DNA of 64,000 nucleotides. Source: an uncultured Actinomycetota bacterium (GTDB lineage Bacteria > Actinomycetota > Actinomycetes > Streptosporangiales > Streptosporangiaceae). The stretch covers positions 14,466 through 78,465 of the forward strand of contig CAVSQI010000012.1 in the NCBI GenBank assembly GCA_963730085.1. The letters are read 5' to 3'. Positions 21,622 through 31,037 of this stretch are shown piece by piece. Made by a program: the position numbers and the translations under genes. The notes below the pieces were generated by a model. The model made no database searches and was not told where the DNA came from. It saw nothing but the letters and a program-made list of their open reading frames with translations. Numbering within the stretch: position 1 is the first letter of the stretch; every line of letters starts with the position of its first letter.

Positions 21622-22253
21622 GTGGCCTGCCGCTGCGCGACCTCGCTCAGCGCGCCCATGATGATCGCGGTGGACGCCGCTCCCGGATCCTCGTGCCCGA
21701 CGCTGCGCGGCCCCAGGTAGCTCGCCCGACCCTTGAGCGCCTGCATCGAGATCGTGGCCTGCGCGCCCGCGGCCGCGGCCGCGGCAGCTGCCGCCAGTGC
21801 GTCTGCGGCATCGGCGCCGTCGGACACCGACTTCTGCAACGCCGCTACGGCCGGTGCCAGGGCGTCGACCATCGTCTTCTCGCCCTCGCGGGCCGCCCCG
21901 AGCTTCTGCACACCGGCGAGCGCGGCCTCCAGGCTCGCGGCCAGCTCGGGCAGGCTGGCGTCGGCGGTGTCACCCAGCGCCTTACCCGCCTGCCGCAGCG
22001 CCATCCCGTACAACGGCCCGGAGGCACCGCCGACCTTCGAGATCAGTGTCGAGCCTGCCAGGATCAGGACTGACCCAGGCGTCGGCGTTGCCGCCTGGTC
22101 CAGCGCCACGGCGATGGCACCGAAACCCCGCGCCAGGTTGATCCCGTGGTCCGCGTCGCCGATGGCGGCGTCCAGCTGGGTGAGGTGGTCGCGCTGCGAC
22201 TCGATGACGGTGCCGGCCTCGGCGAGCCAGGCCCGGAAGAATGCGGCGTCCAT
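21618..22253 (-). CDS. dhaL: dihydroxyacetone kinase subunit DhaL
   Basis: Contains LTQLDAAIGDADHGINLARGF...GGASGPLYG...GASYLG. Confidence 0.9.
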   Translation of the reverse strand: MDAAFFRAWLAEAGTVIESQRDHLTQLDAAIGDADHGINLARGFGAIAVALDQAATPTPGSVLILAGSTLISKVGGASGPLYGMALRQAGKALGDTADASLPELAASLEAALAGVQKLGAAREGEKTMVDALAPAVAALQKSVSDGADAADALAAAAAAAAAGAQATISMQALKGRASYLGPRSVGHEDPGAASTAIIMGALSEVAQRQAT

Positions 22254-22314
22254 TACAGCTCCTCGCGGTAGCGGCCGGCGGCCGTACGCATCAGCGGCCG
22301 CCGGCTTGTCATTC

Positions 22315-23307
22315 CTACCGTGTCCACCGCAAGGCGGGCGTGTCTACTGCCGCATCCCAGAGGTCGGTGAGCGAATCTGTGAGCCGGCAGACTGTCACCG
22401 AGAAGCCCTGCATCTCCAGGCTGGTGATGTAGTTGCCGACCAGGTTCCTCGTGATCCGGGCGCCCTTACCGGTGATGTACTTGTGCACCTCGTTGTAGAG
22501 GACGTAGAGCTCGATGAGCGGCGTGCCGCCCATGCCGTTGACCATCACCAGGACGTCGCCGGACAGCGGCAGGTCGGCGTGGATGGCGTCGAGGGCACCG
22601 GCGACGATCTCGCTGGCGGGAGCCAGTGGGGCACGCTGCCGGCCCGGCTCGCCGTGAATGCCGATGCCGAGCTCGATCTCGGATTCGCCGAGATCGAACG
22701 TCGGCTTGCCCGCGGCCGGGACCGTACACGATGTCAGCGCCACCCCGAACGAGCGGCTCCGCTCGTTGACCTCGGTCGCGACGGCCGCCACGTCGGGCAG
22801 CGGCGCAAGGCGCTCGGCTAGGGCGCCTGCGATCTTCTCGACGAAGACCGTAGCGCCCACGCCGCGCCGACCCGCGGTGTAGAGCGAGTCCTGCACGGCC
22901 ACGTCGTCGTTCACTACGACGGAAGCCACTTCGATGCTGTCGTCGTCGGCCAGCTCGGCGGCCATCTGGAAGTTGAGCACGTCGCCCGTGTAGTTCTTGA
23001 CGATGTGCAGCGCCCCGGCGCCAGCGTTGACGGCTCTGGTGGCGACCAGCATCTGGTCGGGAACCGGCGAGGTGAAGACTTCGCCCGGGCAGGCGGCGTC
23101 GAGCATGCCGTACCCGACGAAGCCGCCGTGCAGCGGCTCGTGTCCCGATCCGCCGCCGGACACCAGACCGACCTTGCCAGGGGTCGGACCACCGGCTCGC
23201 GTGATTACCTTGTTCTCGATGTCGACAGCGAGGCTGGGATGAGCTGCCGCCATCCCGGCCAGCGCATCGGTCACGACGCTGTCGGGCGAGTTGATGAGCT
23301 TCTTCAT
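22315..23307 (-). CDS. dhaK: dihydroxyacetone kinase subunit DhaK
   Basis: Contains [20 protein letters not shown]...[18 protein letters not shown]...NYTGDVLNF...IGIHGEPG. Confidence 0.9.
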   Translation of the reverse strand: MKKLINSPDSVVTDALAGMAAAHPSLAVDIENKVITRAGGPTPGKVGLVSGGGSGHEPLHGGFVGYGMLDAACPGEVFTSPVPDQMLVATRAVNAGAGALHIVKNYTGDVLNFQMAAELADDDSIEVASVVVNDDVAVQDSLYTAGRRGVGATVFVEKIAGALAERLAPLPDVAAVATEVNERSRSFGVALTSCTVPAAGKPTFDLGESEIELGIGIHGEPGRQRAPLAPASEIVAGALDAIHADLPLSGDVLVMVNGMGGTPLIELYVLYNEVHKYITGKGARITRNLVGNYITSLEMQGFSVTVCRLTDSLTDLWDAAVDTPALRWTR

Positions 23308-24098
23308 GCGGTCGTCTCCCGGACTGGTTCGGATGCGGTGTCGGGGTCGGGTGACAGGCTGGTCAGCCTGGCGTCCTGGCGCACCTTGGACATGCCCACA
23401 TAAGCAAGGGCGCCGACTACGCCGCCGCCGAGCTCGCCGATGAGGTAGGCAGGCACCTCCGACCAGGTGATGTGGCCGCCGAACGCGCCCTGCATGAACA
23501 CGGCGCCGAGGTAGCGGGCCGGGTTGATTGCGGCGCCGGTGGCTGGGCCGACGATGATGATGATCGCGAAGACGATGGCGCCGATCGCCATCGGTGCCCA
23601 GCCGGGCACCGCCCGGTGATCGATGACGCCAAAGATGACGAATACCAGAATGGCGGTGCCGATGGCCTCGATGAGCAGTGCCCGGCCGAATCCCATCGAC
23701 GCCGGGTTATACGCGGTGACACCGCCGCCTGCGGCGACGGCGGCAGCCCGGCCAAGCGTCAGGAAGATTGCGGCTGCCCCGATGATGGCGCCCACGAGCT
23801 GCGCGAGCATGTAACCAGGTACTTCGCGCCAGGGGAACTTGCCGGACACGGCTAGCGAGAGCGTGACGGCCGGGTTGATGTGACCGCCCGAGATATGGCC
23901 GATCGCATATACCACGCCCACGATCACGAGCATGAACGCGAACGAGATCATCCCCAGGTCAGCGAGCGAGAACGGAGCCTTGCTGCTGGCGGCGATCACT
24001 CCGGTTGCGGCGGCCGAGCCGGCGCCGATGTAGACCAGGCATGCGGTCCCCACTAGTTCCGCAAGGAGTTTCTGCGGGGTCGTTGGTGCAGCGGCCAT
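23304..24098 (-). CDS. glpF: MIP/aquaporin family channel (glycerol facilitator-like)
   Basis: Both NPA boxes are present (GGHINPAVTL and AAINPARYLG). Its stop overlaps the dhaK start. Confidence 0.85.
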   Translation of the reverse strand: MAAAPTTPQKLLAELVGTACLVYIGAGSAAATGVIAASSKAPFSLADLGMISFAFMLVIVGVVYAIGHISGGHINPAVTLSLAVSGKFPWREVPGYMLAQLVGAIIGAAAIFLTLGRAAAVAAGGGVTAYNPASMGFGRALLIEAIGTAILVFVIFGVIDHRAVPGWAPMAIGAIVFAIIIIVGPATGAAINPARYLGAVFMQGAFGGHITWSEVPAYLIGELGGGVVGALAYVGMSKVRQDARLTSLSPDPDTASEPVRETTA

Positions 24099-24280
24099 GC
24101 GTTCGCCCGTCGGCTGCGCTGCTCACTGAAGCGACAGGCGGCGGGCTTCTCACCTCCCTCAGCGAGATCTCTGAATACCGTTCGACAATGTGGAACAACA
24201 TTTCAAACTGAAACGTAAGACGGCCGGCGTGACCGCGTCAAGACTTGCGGCGAGGTTAAATCGCCGCGCGCCCTCGGGCC

Positions 24281-24415
24281 GGGCTCAAATACGTCATCGC
24301 TGGGCATCTGCTGTTGCTCTAGCAGCAGTAGGTCCCCAGCCACGCTGTTGGAAGGTGCGCGCGGGCCCGAATACGTCATTGCTAAGCATCTGCTGTCGCT
24401 CTAGCAGCAGCAGTC
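24281..24415. repeat. two approximately 54-nt direct repeats, each carrying a CTGCTG-N9-CAGCAG palindrome
   Basis: 24281-24335 reads GGGCTCAAATACGTCATCGCTGGGCATCTGCTGTTGCTCTAGCAGCAGTAGGTCC. 24362-24415 reads GGGCCCGAATACGTCATTGCTAAGCATCTGCTGTCGCTCTAGCAGCAGCAGTCC. About 47 of 54 positions are identical. Confidence 0.7.
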
Positions 24416-24428
24416 CGCAGCGATGCTG

Positions 24429-24448
24429 CTCTGGGCGGCCGCCCAGAG
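24429..24448. terminator. perfect 20-nt palindrome downstream of the DivIVA-domain gene
   Basis: CTCTGGGCGGCCGCCCAGAG lies about 90 nt past the stop at 24538. No U tract, so terminator function is uncertain. Confidence 0.35.
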
Positions 24449-24537
24449 TTGCTGCGACGATCTGCGGCTAGTCCGGACGATGCGAAGGCCCCAGGGTGGT
24501 GCTCACCCCGGGGCCAGGTTGCCTTGCGTGCTGGCGG

Positions 24538-25650
24538 TTACTCCTTGACGAGGCTGATGCCGTCGGTGCGGTCGTCGCCGTCTGGCGCGCCGCCTCCGGT
24601 TGACGCGATCCTCGCCCCGGTGGGACCGACGTGCAGTCCCTTGCCTGGACCCGGCTGAATGCCGGGGCCGCCCGGTAGCTGCCCGGTGCGGCCAACAGGC
24701 TGCGGACCCGACTGCCCGCCGCCCGCCGGCTGGCCAGGCCGCTGCGCTGTTGACAGCGCCGGCGCACCCTCTGGCTGTCCGTTCCCACCTGCGTGGCGGC
24801 CCTCGGCCGGACTAGGGGCGCGACCGTTCCCGGCGCGGCCAGGCTGCCCGTCGCTACCGGCAGCACCGCTGACGATCCTGGCTACCTCGTCCTCGAGCGA
24901 GCCGCGGTCTGCCTCGCCAGCGACTAGCGACGTGACGACGTCGCGGATCTCGGTGAGCCGCCGGACCGCCTCGGTGTGCCGCGACATCAGCAGATTCAGC
25001 CGCCGCTCGGCACCGTCGTGGATCGCCGTGGCGCGTGCCGTCGCCTCGTCAAGCTGCTGCTTGGCTTGGCTCTTGGCAGTGGCGACGGCGCTCTCCGCTT
25101 GCCTCGTCGCCTCGGCAACTACCTGTTGCGATTCAGTCGCGGCGGCCTTTCGCGCGGCCTCCGCCTCGGACTTCGCGCTCCCGACCGTGGCGTCGGCTTG
25201 CTCCTGCGCCGCGCTCAGCATGCGCTCGGCCTGCTCGTGCGCCTCAGCCCGGCTGCGGTCTGTATCGGCCTTCGCGTCCGCGCGCAGCTTGGTGCTCTCG
25301 GCCTGTGCACCGGCGCGCAGCTTGGCGATCTCATCGTCGGCCTTGACACGCTGCGACTTCGCCTCGTCGTCGGCGAGCTTCAGGATCTGGCCGATCCGCT
25401 CGCTGATTTCCTCGTGAGCTGGCTTGCCGTGAGACCTGGCCGCCGACAGTTCCAGCTTGAGTCTCTCCAGGTCGTCGAGTGCCTGGGAAAGCCGGTCCTC
25501 TAGGTCGCGCTTGCCTTCCTCGAGTGAGCGCACGTCGATCCGGAGCGCTGCGACGTACTCGTCCACCGCCCTGCGACTGTAGCCGCGCATCTCGCGCTCG
25601 AACTGGTCTTCGTGGCCCAAGTCGGCAGAGAGGTGGCCTTGCTCACTCAT
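24538..25650 (-). CDS. DivIVA domain-containing coiled-coil protein with Gly/Pro-rich tail
   Basis: The N-terminus FEREMRGYSRRAVDEYVAALRIDVRSLEE is a DivIVA motif. A long Ala/Glu/Lys/Arg coiled coil follows, then a GQPG/GGPG-rich C-terminus. The start is placed at MSEQGH (ATG at 25650). Confidence 0.75.
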   Translation of the reverse strand: MSEQGHLSADLGHEDQFEREMRGYSRRAVDEYVAALRIDVRSLEEGKRDLEDRLSQALDDLERLKLELSAARSHGKPAHEEISERIGQILKLADDEAKSQRVKADDEIAKLRAGAQAESTKLRADAKADTDRSRAEAHEQAERMLSAAQEQADATVGSAKSEAEAARKAAATESQQVVAEATRQAESAVATAKSQAKQQLDEATARATAIHDGAERRLNLLMSRHTEAVRRLTEIRDVVTSLVAGEADRGSLEDEVARIVSGAAGSDGQPGRAGNGRAPSPAEGRHAGGNGQPEGAPALSTAQRPGQPAGGGQSGPQPVGRTGQLPGGPGIQPGPGKGLHVGPTGARIASTGGGAPDGDDRTDGISLVKE

Positions 25651-25937
25651 CGTTTCACCTATCGGGGTCCTGAGGCAGTCGCCGGACCGCGGGCGGCTTG
25701 GCGCACCCGTCTTTGGACTGCTGGTAATTACGCTTTGCCGGGCCCGCCAGGCAACTCGCGGGGAAATCAACGGCCACCGGGCGCGCGCGGCGAATCTGCG
25801 ACGCTGGGGATGACTCTGTCCCCTTGCCTCCCACGGCGCAACCGAAACGATGTTTTGTCCTGTTTATCGGGTTTGCCGCACCAATCGGACCGTCGAGTGC
25901 GATTCCCGGCCCGCCAGGGCCTGCGAGAATCTGCCCC

Positions 25938-26474
25938 GTGAACGCGAACAGGCTCATTGGATCAATCGGCGGCCAAGGCCCGGTCATCCATCCGGAGGCC
26001 TGGATCGCTCCCGGAGCAGTCGTTGTCGGCCGTGTGACGCTAGGGCGGGCCGCGTCGGTCTGGTACGGATCGGTGCTGCGCGCCGACGACGACGAGATTG
26101 TCGTCGGGGCTGAGTGCAACATCCAGGACCTGTGCTGCCTACACGTGGATCCAGGAGAGCCGGCCGTGCTGGAGGATCGGGTGAGCGTCGGACATCGAGC
26201 CGTCGTGCACGGCGCGTACATCGAGACTGGCGCCCTGATCGGTATCGGCGCCGTCGTCCTTGGCCGCGCACGGATCGGGGCCGGGACGCTGGTTGCCGCC
26301 GGAACCGTCGTGCGCCCCGGCGCGACAGTGCCGGCTGGCGTCCTGATGGCCGGTATTCCGGGGCGGATCGTCCGCGAACTGACCGACGCTGACCGGCTCT
26401 CCTTCGCTGACACGTCGCGGCACTATGCCGAGCGGTCCGGCCGTCACCGCCGTGCGGAGTGGTTCGATCACTAA
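25938..26474 (+). CDS. gamma carbonic anhydrase family (left-handed beta-helix) protein
   Basis: Contains hexapeptide repeats: IHPEAWIAPGAVVVGRVTLGRAASVWYGSVLRAD...CNIQDLCCLH...VSVGHRAVVHGAYI. Confidence 0.8.
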   Translation: MNANRLIGSIGGQGPVIHPEAWIAPGAVVVGRVTLGRAASVWYGSVLRADDDEIVVGAECNIQDLCCLHVDPGEPAVLEDRVSVGHRAVVHGAYIETGALIGIGAVVLGRARIGAGTLVAAGTVVRPGATVPAGVLMAGIPGRIVRELTDADRLSFADTSRHYAERSGRHRRAEWFDH

Positions 26475-26617
26475 GCGCGACGGATGAGGCAGCCCGAGCT
26501 GGGCGGGGGCCCGGGAAATGGCTCTGATGGGTCATGCGCCGCGAGCTTTCTCGCCATTAGCCTGGTTGGAACGACGGAAGATTCGGCGCTGATGGTGGGC
26601 ACAGGAGGTGGGCGCGC

Positions 26618-26791
26618 ATGCACGACGACGTCAACCTCAGGTTCCACGACCGGGTCGCGCTCGAGGAGATCGAGCTCTACGCGGAGGTACTCAGCGCCGT
26701 CGCGGCGGCAGACCGGTCGCTGACGATCGATGAGATCGACGAAGTGCTTGGGGTGCGCAAGCGCGCCGGCGCCGAGGCCCGCTCTTACTAA
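26618..26791 (+). CDS. hypothetical small protein (57 aa, below the ORF-track cutoff)
   Basis: ATG at 26618 lies 8 nt after aggagg. Third-position GC is high throughout: MHDDVNLRFHDRVALEEIELYAEVLSAVAAADRSLTIDEIDEVLGVRKRAGAEARSY. Confidence 0.4.
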   Translation: MHDDVNLRFHDRVALEEIELYAEVLSAVAAADRSLTIDEIDEVLGVRKRAGAEARSY

Positions 26792-26797
26792 CAGTTC

Positions 26798-27793
26798 TTA
26801 CGGTGTGCGCGCGGCCGTCTCTCGTTCGGACAAGGCCCGGCTCGAGAACATGACGTCGGTGTCCCAGTGGGTAAAGCCCAGCGATTCGTACAACCGGATG
26901 GCAGCGGTATTGGTCTCGTCGACGTACAGCATGACCTGAGCTAGGCCGCGGGCACGCAGGTAGCGCATGCCCGTGATTGTCAGCGCGCGGCCGAGACCGC
27001 TGCCGCGCTCGTCCGGATCGACGCCGACGACGTAGACCTCGCCGATCGGCTCGTGGCCGTGGCCACCGGCGTCGGGCTTGTCGTTGCCGCCGTGGATTTT
27101 CGTCCAGTGGAAGCCGACGAGGTGCCCGTTCCGCTCGGCCAGGAAGAAGCCGTCGGGATCGAACCAGGGCTCATGCTCGCGCATGTTCAGGTCTTCCCTG
27201 GTCCAGGCGCCCTGTTCCGGGTGCCGCGCGAAAGCGCGGCGATTGAGCGCTACCCAGGCATCCTCGTCCTCGCCGATCCGAAACGTCCGCACGGAGATGC
27301 CGTCGGCGAACTGCGGCCTGCCGATGTGCGTCTGCAGGGACCGGCGCATCTGCCAGAGCGCGCGTGAGCGGTGGAAGCCGGCTGCGGCAGCCAGCCGAGC
27401 GGCAGCCGGAAGGTCCCCGTGGGCCCACAGGCGTAGCCCTGCCGGGCCGGCCTCAGTTTCAAGCGCGCGGCCGAGTGTCAGGCCGAGTCCATGCCGCCTG
27501 GCCGCAGGATCGACGACCATCTCGCCGGCCGGGCCCTCGACCGGATCGGTCGGATCGAGGTGGCCGTAGCCTGCCAAGGCTCCGTTTAGCCAGAGCAAGA
27601 CGTTGCGTGCCCGCGGATCGCCGCCGTACCGCAAGTGCAGCATCACGTGCTCGGACAGCGGGCTCACGCCATCCTCCTCGGCGGCACGGCGAATCAGATC
27701 GAGGACCTGCGCCGCCTGGTCGGCTGGCAGCGGCCCGCTGGTGATGACGTGCACCTGATCGGGCGATCCGGCCCCAGGGCTATCGGTCGGCAT
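26798..27793 (-). CDS. mshD: mycothiol synthase (two-GNAT-domain acetyltransferase)
   Basis: Two GNAT repeats are present (LSEHVMLHL...[12 protein letters not shown]... and [11 protein letters not shown]...[23 protein letters not shown]). It sits next to glnR, as in other actinomycetes. Confidence 0.8.
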   Translation of the reverse strand: MPTDSPGAGSPDQVHVITSGPLPADQAAQVLDLIRRAAEEDGVSPLSEHVMLHLRYGGDPRARNVLLWLNGALAGYGHLDPTDPVEGPAGEMVVDPAARRHGLGLTLGRALETEAGPAGLRLWAHGDLPAAARLAAAAGFHRSRALWQMRRSLQTHIGRPQFADGISVRTFRIGEDEDAWVALNRRAFARHPEQGAWTREDLNMREHEPWFDPDGFFLAERNGHLVGFHWTKIHGGNDKPDAGGHGHEPIGEVYVVGVDPDERGSGLGRALTITGMRYLRARGLAQVMLYVDETNTAAIRLYESLGFTHWDTDVMFSSRALSERETAARTP

Positions 27794-28595
27794 GGGCAAT
27801 CGCTCGCACCCCGCGCGGATCCGCGGCCCCTGGCTGGGGGACGTCGTCACTGTCTATCGAGCCGTCTTGGCTCGTGCCGGCGCTGGGCGCCTCGGCCTGC
27901 GCACCCTCCGATCCCAGTGCGCTGTTCTTGACGGGCACAAACCGGTAGCCGACGTTGCGAACGGTGCCAATCAGCGCTTCATTCTCGACGCCGAGCTTGG
28001 CGCGCAGTCGCCGGACGTGCACGTCGACAGTCCGGGTGCCGCCGAAGTAGTCATAGCCCCAGACCTCCTGAAGCAGCTGGGCCCGGCTGAATACCCGACC
28101 CGGGTGCTGCGCCAGGAATTTCAGCAGCTCGAACTCCTTGAAGGTCAGGTCCAGCGATACGCCGTTCATGCGAGCCGAGTACGTGGCCTCATTGATGACC
28201 AGGCCGCTGGAGCGGATCTCGTCCGGTAGCTCGGCCGCTGCTCGGGCCCGCCGTCCGATAGCCAGCCGGAGCCGCGCTTCGACTTCGGCCGGTCCGGCCG
28301 TATGCAGGAGCAGGTCGTCCGCGCCCCACTCGGCCGACACCGCCGCCCAGCCACCGTCGGTGACGATGGCGATCAAGGGCAGCGGATTAACAGTGGCGCG
28401 AAGCGTCATCAGCACCCGCCGCGCGAGAACGAGGTCGCGCCGGGCGTCAACGAGCACCGCGTCGGGGGCTGGACCGCCGGTCACGCTCTCGGCTGCCGCC
28501 GGGGCCACCCGGACCGCGTGCGGCAGCAGGCTCAGCGACGGGAGGATGTCGGCAGGCGATTCGCGCCCGCTGGTCAGCAGCAGGACATTGCTCAA
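27780..28595 (-). CDS. glnR: OmpR-family orphan response regulator, GlnR-like
   Basis: Contains [29 protein letters not shown]...[23 protein letters not shown] and the winged helix [53 protein letters not shown]. It matches my recollection of Streptomyces GlnR. Confidence 0.7.
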   Translation of the reverse strand: MSNVLLLTSGRESPADILPSLSLLPHAVRVAPAAAESVTGGPAPDAVLVDARRDLVLARRVLMTLRATVNPLPLIAIVTDGGWAAVSAEWGADDLLLHTAGPAEVEARLRLAIGRRARAAAELPDEIRSSGLVINEATYSARMNGVSLDLTFKEFELLKFLAQHPGRVFSRAQLLQEVWGYDYFGGTRTVDVHVRRLRAKLGVENEALIGTVRNVGYRFVPVKNSALGSEGAQAEAPSAGTSQDGSIDSDDVPQPGAADPRGVRAIAHADR

Positions 28596-28709
28596 CCGCC
28601 GCCACCTCCGGCCCCCGGCGCAACGTGCCGGAAAGAGAACCCAAATGTCTCCTGCGTCTACACCCGGGTCGTCATTGTCCGGTGCCGCTTATGAGCGAGG
28701 ATAGCTGAC

Positions 28710-28967
28710 ATGGCCACAGTGACCATGCGCTACTGGGCAGCAGCCAAGGATGCGGCGGGCGTCGCGGAGCAGCGCCTTGAGGCCGACACGCTCGCGGCCG
28801 CGCTGAAGCAGGCGGCGGACGCCGATGGCGCTGGCCGGCTGCGGCCAGTACTTGCCAGGTCTTCGTTCCTCGTGGACGGCGACCCGGTCGGCCGACGGGC
28901 AGCCGAATCCGTTGCGCTTCGCGACGGAAGCGTCATCGAGGTGCTGCCACCCTTCGCGGGTGGCTGA
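28710..28967 (+). CDS. MoaD/ThiS family sulfur-carrier protein
   Basis: 85-aa protein starting MATVTMRYWAAAKDAAGV... and ending in the diglycine ...VIEVLPPFAGG. Confidence 0.75.
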   Translation: MATVTMRYWAAAKDAAGVAEQRLEADTLAAALKQAADADGAGRLRPVLARSSFLVDGDPVGRRAAESVALRDGSVIEVLPPFAGG

Positions 28968-29087
28968 GGTGGCCGAGCCCAGGCGCTTGACCTGCGCGAT
29001 CGCGCTGATCCCGTGAGCGGTCACAAAGACCGGCCGGCCCGGTGGACGCGGTTGAACCGAGCGCCCTCGGCGCACGTTCAAGGAGAT

Positions 29088-29633
29088 ATGGCAGGTCTGG
29101 GCGGCGCAGGCGCGCGCAACTCCCGCCGGATCTCATCCGACGAGGACCTTGTTCGCGCGCTCTACGCCGAGCACGCTGGCCCGCTGCTGAGGTACGCGGT
29201 GCACCTCATGAGCGGCGACCGGCAGCGTGCCGAAGACATCGTGCAGGAGACGCTGCTGCGGGCCTGGCAGCATCCCGAGGCCATCGCCGGACGTCCGGCC
29301 CGGCCATGGCTATTCGCTGTTGCGCGCAACCTGGCAATCGACTCCTATCGGGCCCGGAAGGCCAGGCCGAATGAGGTCGGCGAAAGCGCCCTTGAGGTGC
29401 TGCCCGCGCCGGACGAGGCGGAGCGAGCCCTGGAGTCGTGGGCGGTAGCTGACGCGCTGAGCTCGCTGCGGCCGGAACACAAACGGGTGCTGCTAGAGAC
29501 CTACTATCAGGGCAAGTCGGTCGCCGAGGCGGCCGCAACACTGGGCGTCCCCGCCGGAACTGTGAAGTCTCGGACGTTCTACGCGCTCAGGGCGCTCCGG
29601 CTCGCATTGGAGGAAAGGGGGCTCGCGCCATGA
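29088..29633 (+). CDS. ECF (sigma-70 family) RNA polymerase sigma factor
   Basis: RBS aaggag precedes ATG 29088. Region 2 is DIVQETLLRAWQHPE...WLFAVARNLAIDSYR and region 4 is ETYYQGKSVAEAAATLGVPAGTVKSRTFYALRALR. Confidence 0.85.
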   Translation: MAGLGGAGARNSRRISSDEDLVRALYAEHAGPLLRYAVHLMSGDRQRAEDIVQETLLRAWQHPEAIAGRPARPWLFAVARNLAIDSYRARKARPNEVGESALEVLPAPDEAERALESWAVADALSSLRPEHKRVLLETYYQGKSVAEAAATLGVPAGTVKSRTFYALRALRLALEERGLAP

Positions 29634-30319
29634 CGATCAGCGAATACAGCGGCCCCGCCTGCCGGGAGATAAGGCAGTTGCTCGGCGTCTACGTGGTCGG
29701 TGCGATCGACCCGGCCGAGCGGGTGCTCGTCGATGAGCATCTTGGAGAGTGCCCGCAGTGCCGCGACGAGCTGGCGGGTCTGGCTGGCTTGCCGGCCATG
29801 CTGAGCCGCGTGCCTGCGGCCGACGTCGAGCGGATGAGTTTTGAGCCGAGCGGCCTGCCCGACATGACGGAGCCATCAGCTGAGCTGCTGAACTCCCTGC
29901 TGCGCAAGGTGTCGGCCAAGCACAGGAGCCGGCTGTGGCGTGGCGCCGTGGCTGTCGCGGCGTCGGCCGCCATCGCTGCCGGGGCGGCAACGGCGGCGAC
30001 CGAGCTGGCAAGGTCCTCGTCGCACCTCAACGACGTGGCGAGCGGAGCCAATGCGCAGACGCACGTGGCTGCCATCGTCGACTACGCGCCGACACCGTGG
30101 TCCGGCACCGAGATGCGGGTGCAGGTGACCGGGATCCAGCCAGGTACCGTCTGCCGGTTCTCGATCAATGGCCACACCTACGTGTCTTCCTGGACGGTGC
30201 GCGCACCCTACGGCGAGAAGGCCTGGTACACGGTCTATTCGCCGGTTCGGGCCAGCACCGTGCACAGCTTCCAGATCACGAGCGCGGGCAAGCTACTGGT
30301 CAACATTCCCGTGACCTAG
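29630..30319 (+). CDS. zinc-binding (ZAS-type) anti-sigma factor, single-pass membrane protein
   Basis: The HxxxCxxC motif occurs in VDEHLGECPQCRDEL. There is one TM segment (AVAVAASAAIAAGAATAA). The start overlaps the sigma factor stop. Confidence 0.75.
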   Translation: MTISEYSGPACREIRQLLGVYVVGAIDPAERVLVDEHLGECPQCRDELAGLAGLPAMLSRVPAADVERMSFEPSGLPDMTEPSAELLNSLLRKVSAKHRSRLWRGAVAVAASAAIAAGAATAATELARSSSHLNDVASGANAQTHVAAIVDYAPTPWSGTEMRVQVTGIQPGTVCRFSINGHTYVSSWTVRAPYGEKAWYTVYSPVRASTVHSFQITSAGKLLVNIPVT

Positions 30320-30358
30320 GTCGGGAATGCCTGGGACTGGCCAAGCGCTGTTAGGGCC

Positions 30359-30832
30359 GTGGCACCTGGTCTGGTCGTGCTTGCCGTTGCGCTGGCGATC
30401 GCGCTGATGAGCGGCGTCGTCTGGCGGCTCCTGAACGGGAGGATGCGCGGCCCTCGCACTTCTCGCCTGCCCGTCGACAATCGCAAGGGCGTCGAGCTGG
30501 CGAGTGAGGCGCCGCTAAACGACGTCCTGACGAGCAGTCAGCTCGGTCAACCACTAGGCGAGCGGGCCACGCTGGTCCAGTTTTCGTCCGCGTTCTGCGC
30601 GCCATGCCGAGCCACCCGTCAGATCCTTGCGGACGTTGCGGGCATGACTGAAGGCGTCGCTCACGTCGAGATCGACGCCGAGTCACGGATGGATCTCGTT
30701 CGGGATCTGGGCGTCCTGCGGACGCCGACTGTTCTGGTGCTCGCCGGCGACGGTCGCGTCGTCCGTCGTGCCAGCGGGCAGCCGCGCAAGCCAGACGTGA
30801 TCGCTGCGATCGGCGTGGCGGTCGGCGCGTGA
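30359..30832 (+). CDS. membrane-anchored thioredoxin-family protein
   Basis: An N-terminal TM helix is followed by a thioredoxin fold with CxxC in LVQFSSAFCAPCRATRQIL...VLRTPTVLVL. Confidence 0.7.
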   Translation: MAPGLVVLAVALAIALMSGVVWRLLNGRMRGPRTSRLPVDNRKGVELASEAPLNDVLTSSQLGQPLGERATLVQFSSAFCAPCRATRQILADVAGMTEGVAHVEIDAESRMDLVRDLGVLRTPTVLVLAGDGRVVRRASGQPRKPDVIAAIGVAVGA

Positions 30833-30923
30833 GTCCGCGATGCGAGACGGCAGCGAGATGATTCCTATGCAAAAGGTCGGGATTTACGTGACAGCAGGAC
30901 CAGCGCCGCATAGCATCGGCACC

Positions 30924-31037
30924 GTGCTTGCACCGAAGTCCAGAGTCACCTGGGCGCGTCGCACTGACCTCGCGCTGACCAAGCGCCGCGCCGTGGACTT
31001 CTGCCGCGTGACGACGAGCATCTGTCCGGCGGGCTAG
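30924..31037 (+). CDS. possible leader-type micro-ORF ending ...DLALTKRRAVDFCRVTTSICPAG
   Basis: In-frame GTG at 30924. The LTxRRxVDxCRV motif resembles, from memory, small actinobacterial leader peptides. It is followed by a 194-nt untranslated spacer before the DUF4395 gene. Weak call. Confidence 0.25.
   Translation: MLAPKSRVTWARRTDLALTKRRAVDFCRVTTSICPAG

Noticed and set aside
24190-24471. 93-aa plus-strand ORF covering the 54-nt direct repeats
   Set aside because: The translation is Ser/Arg/Cys-rich and simply reads through the duplicated element. It has no RBS and atypical codon usage.
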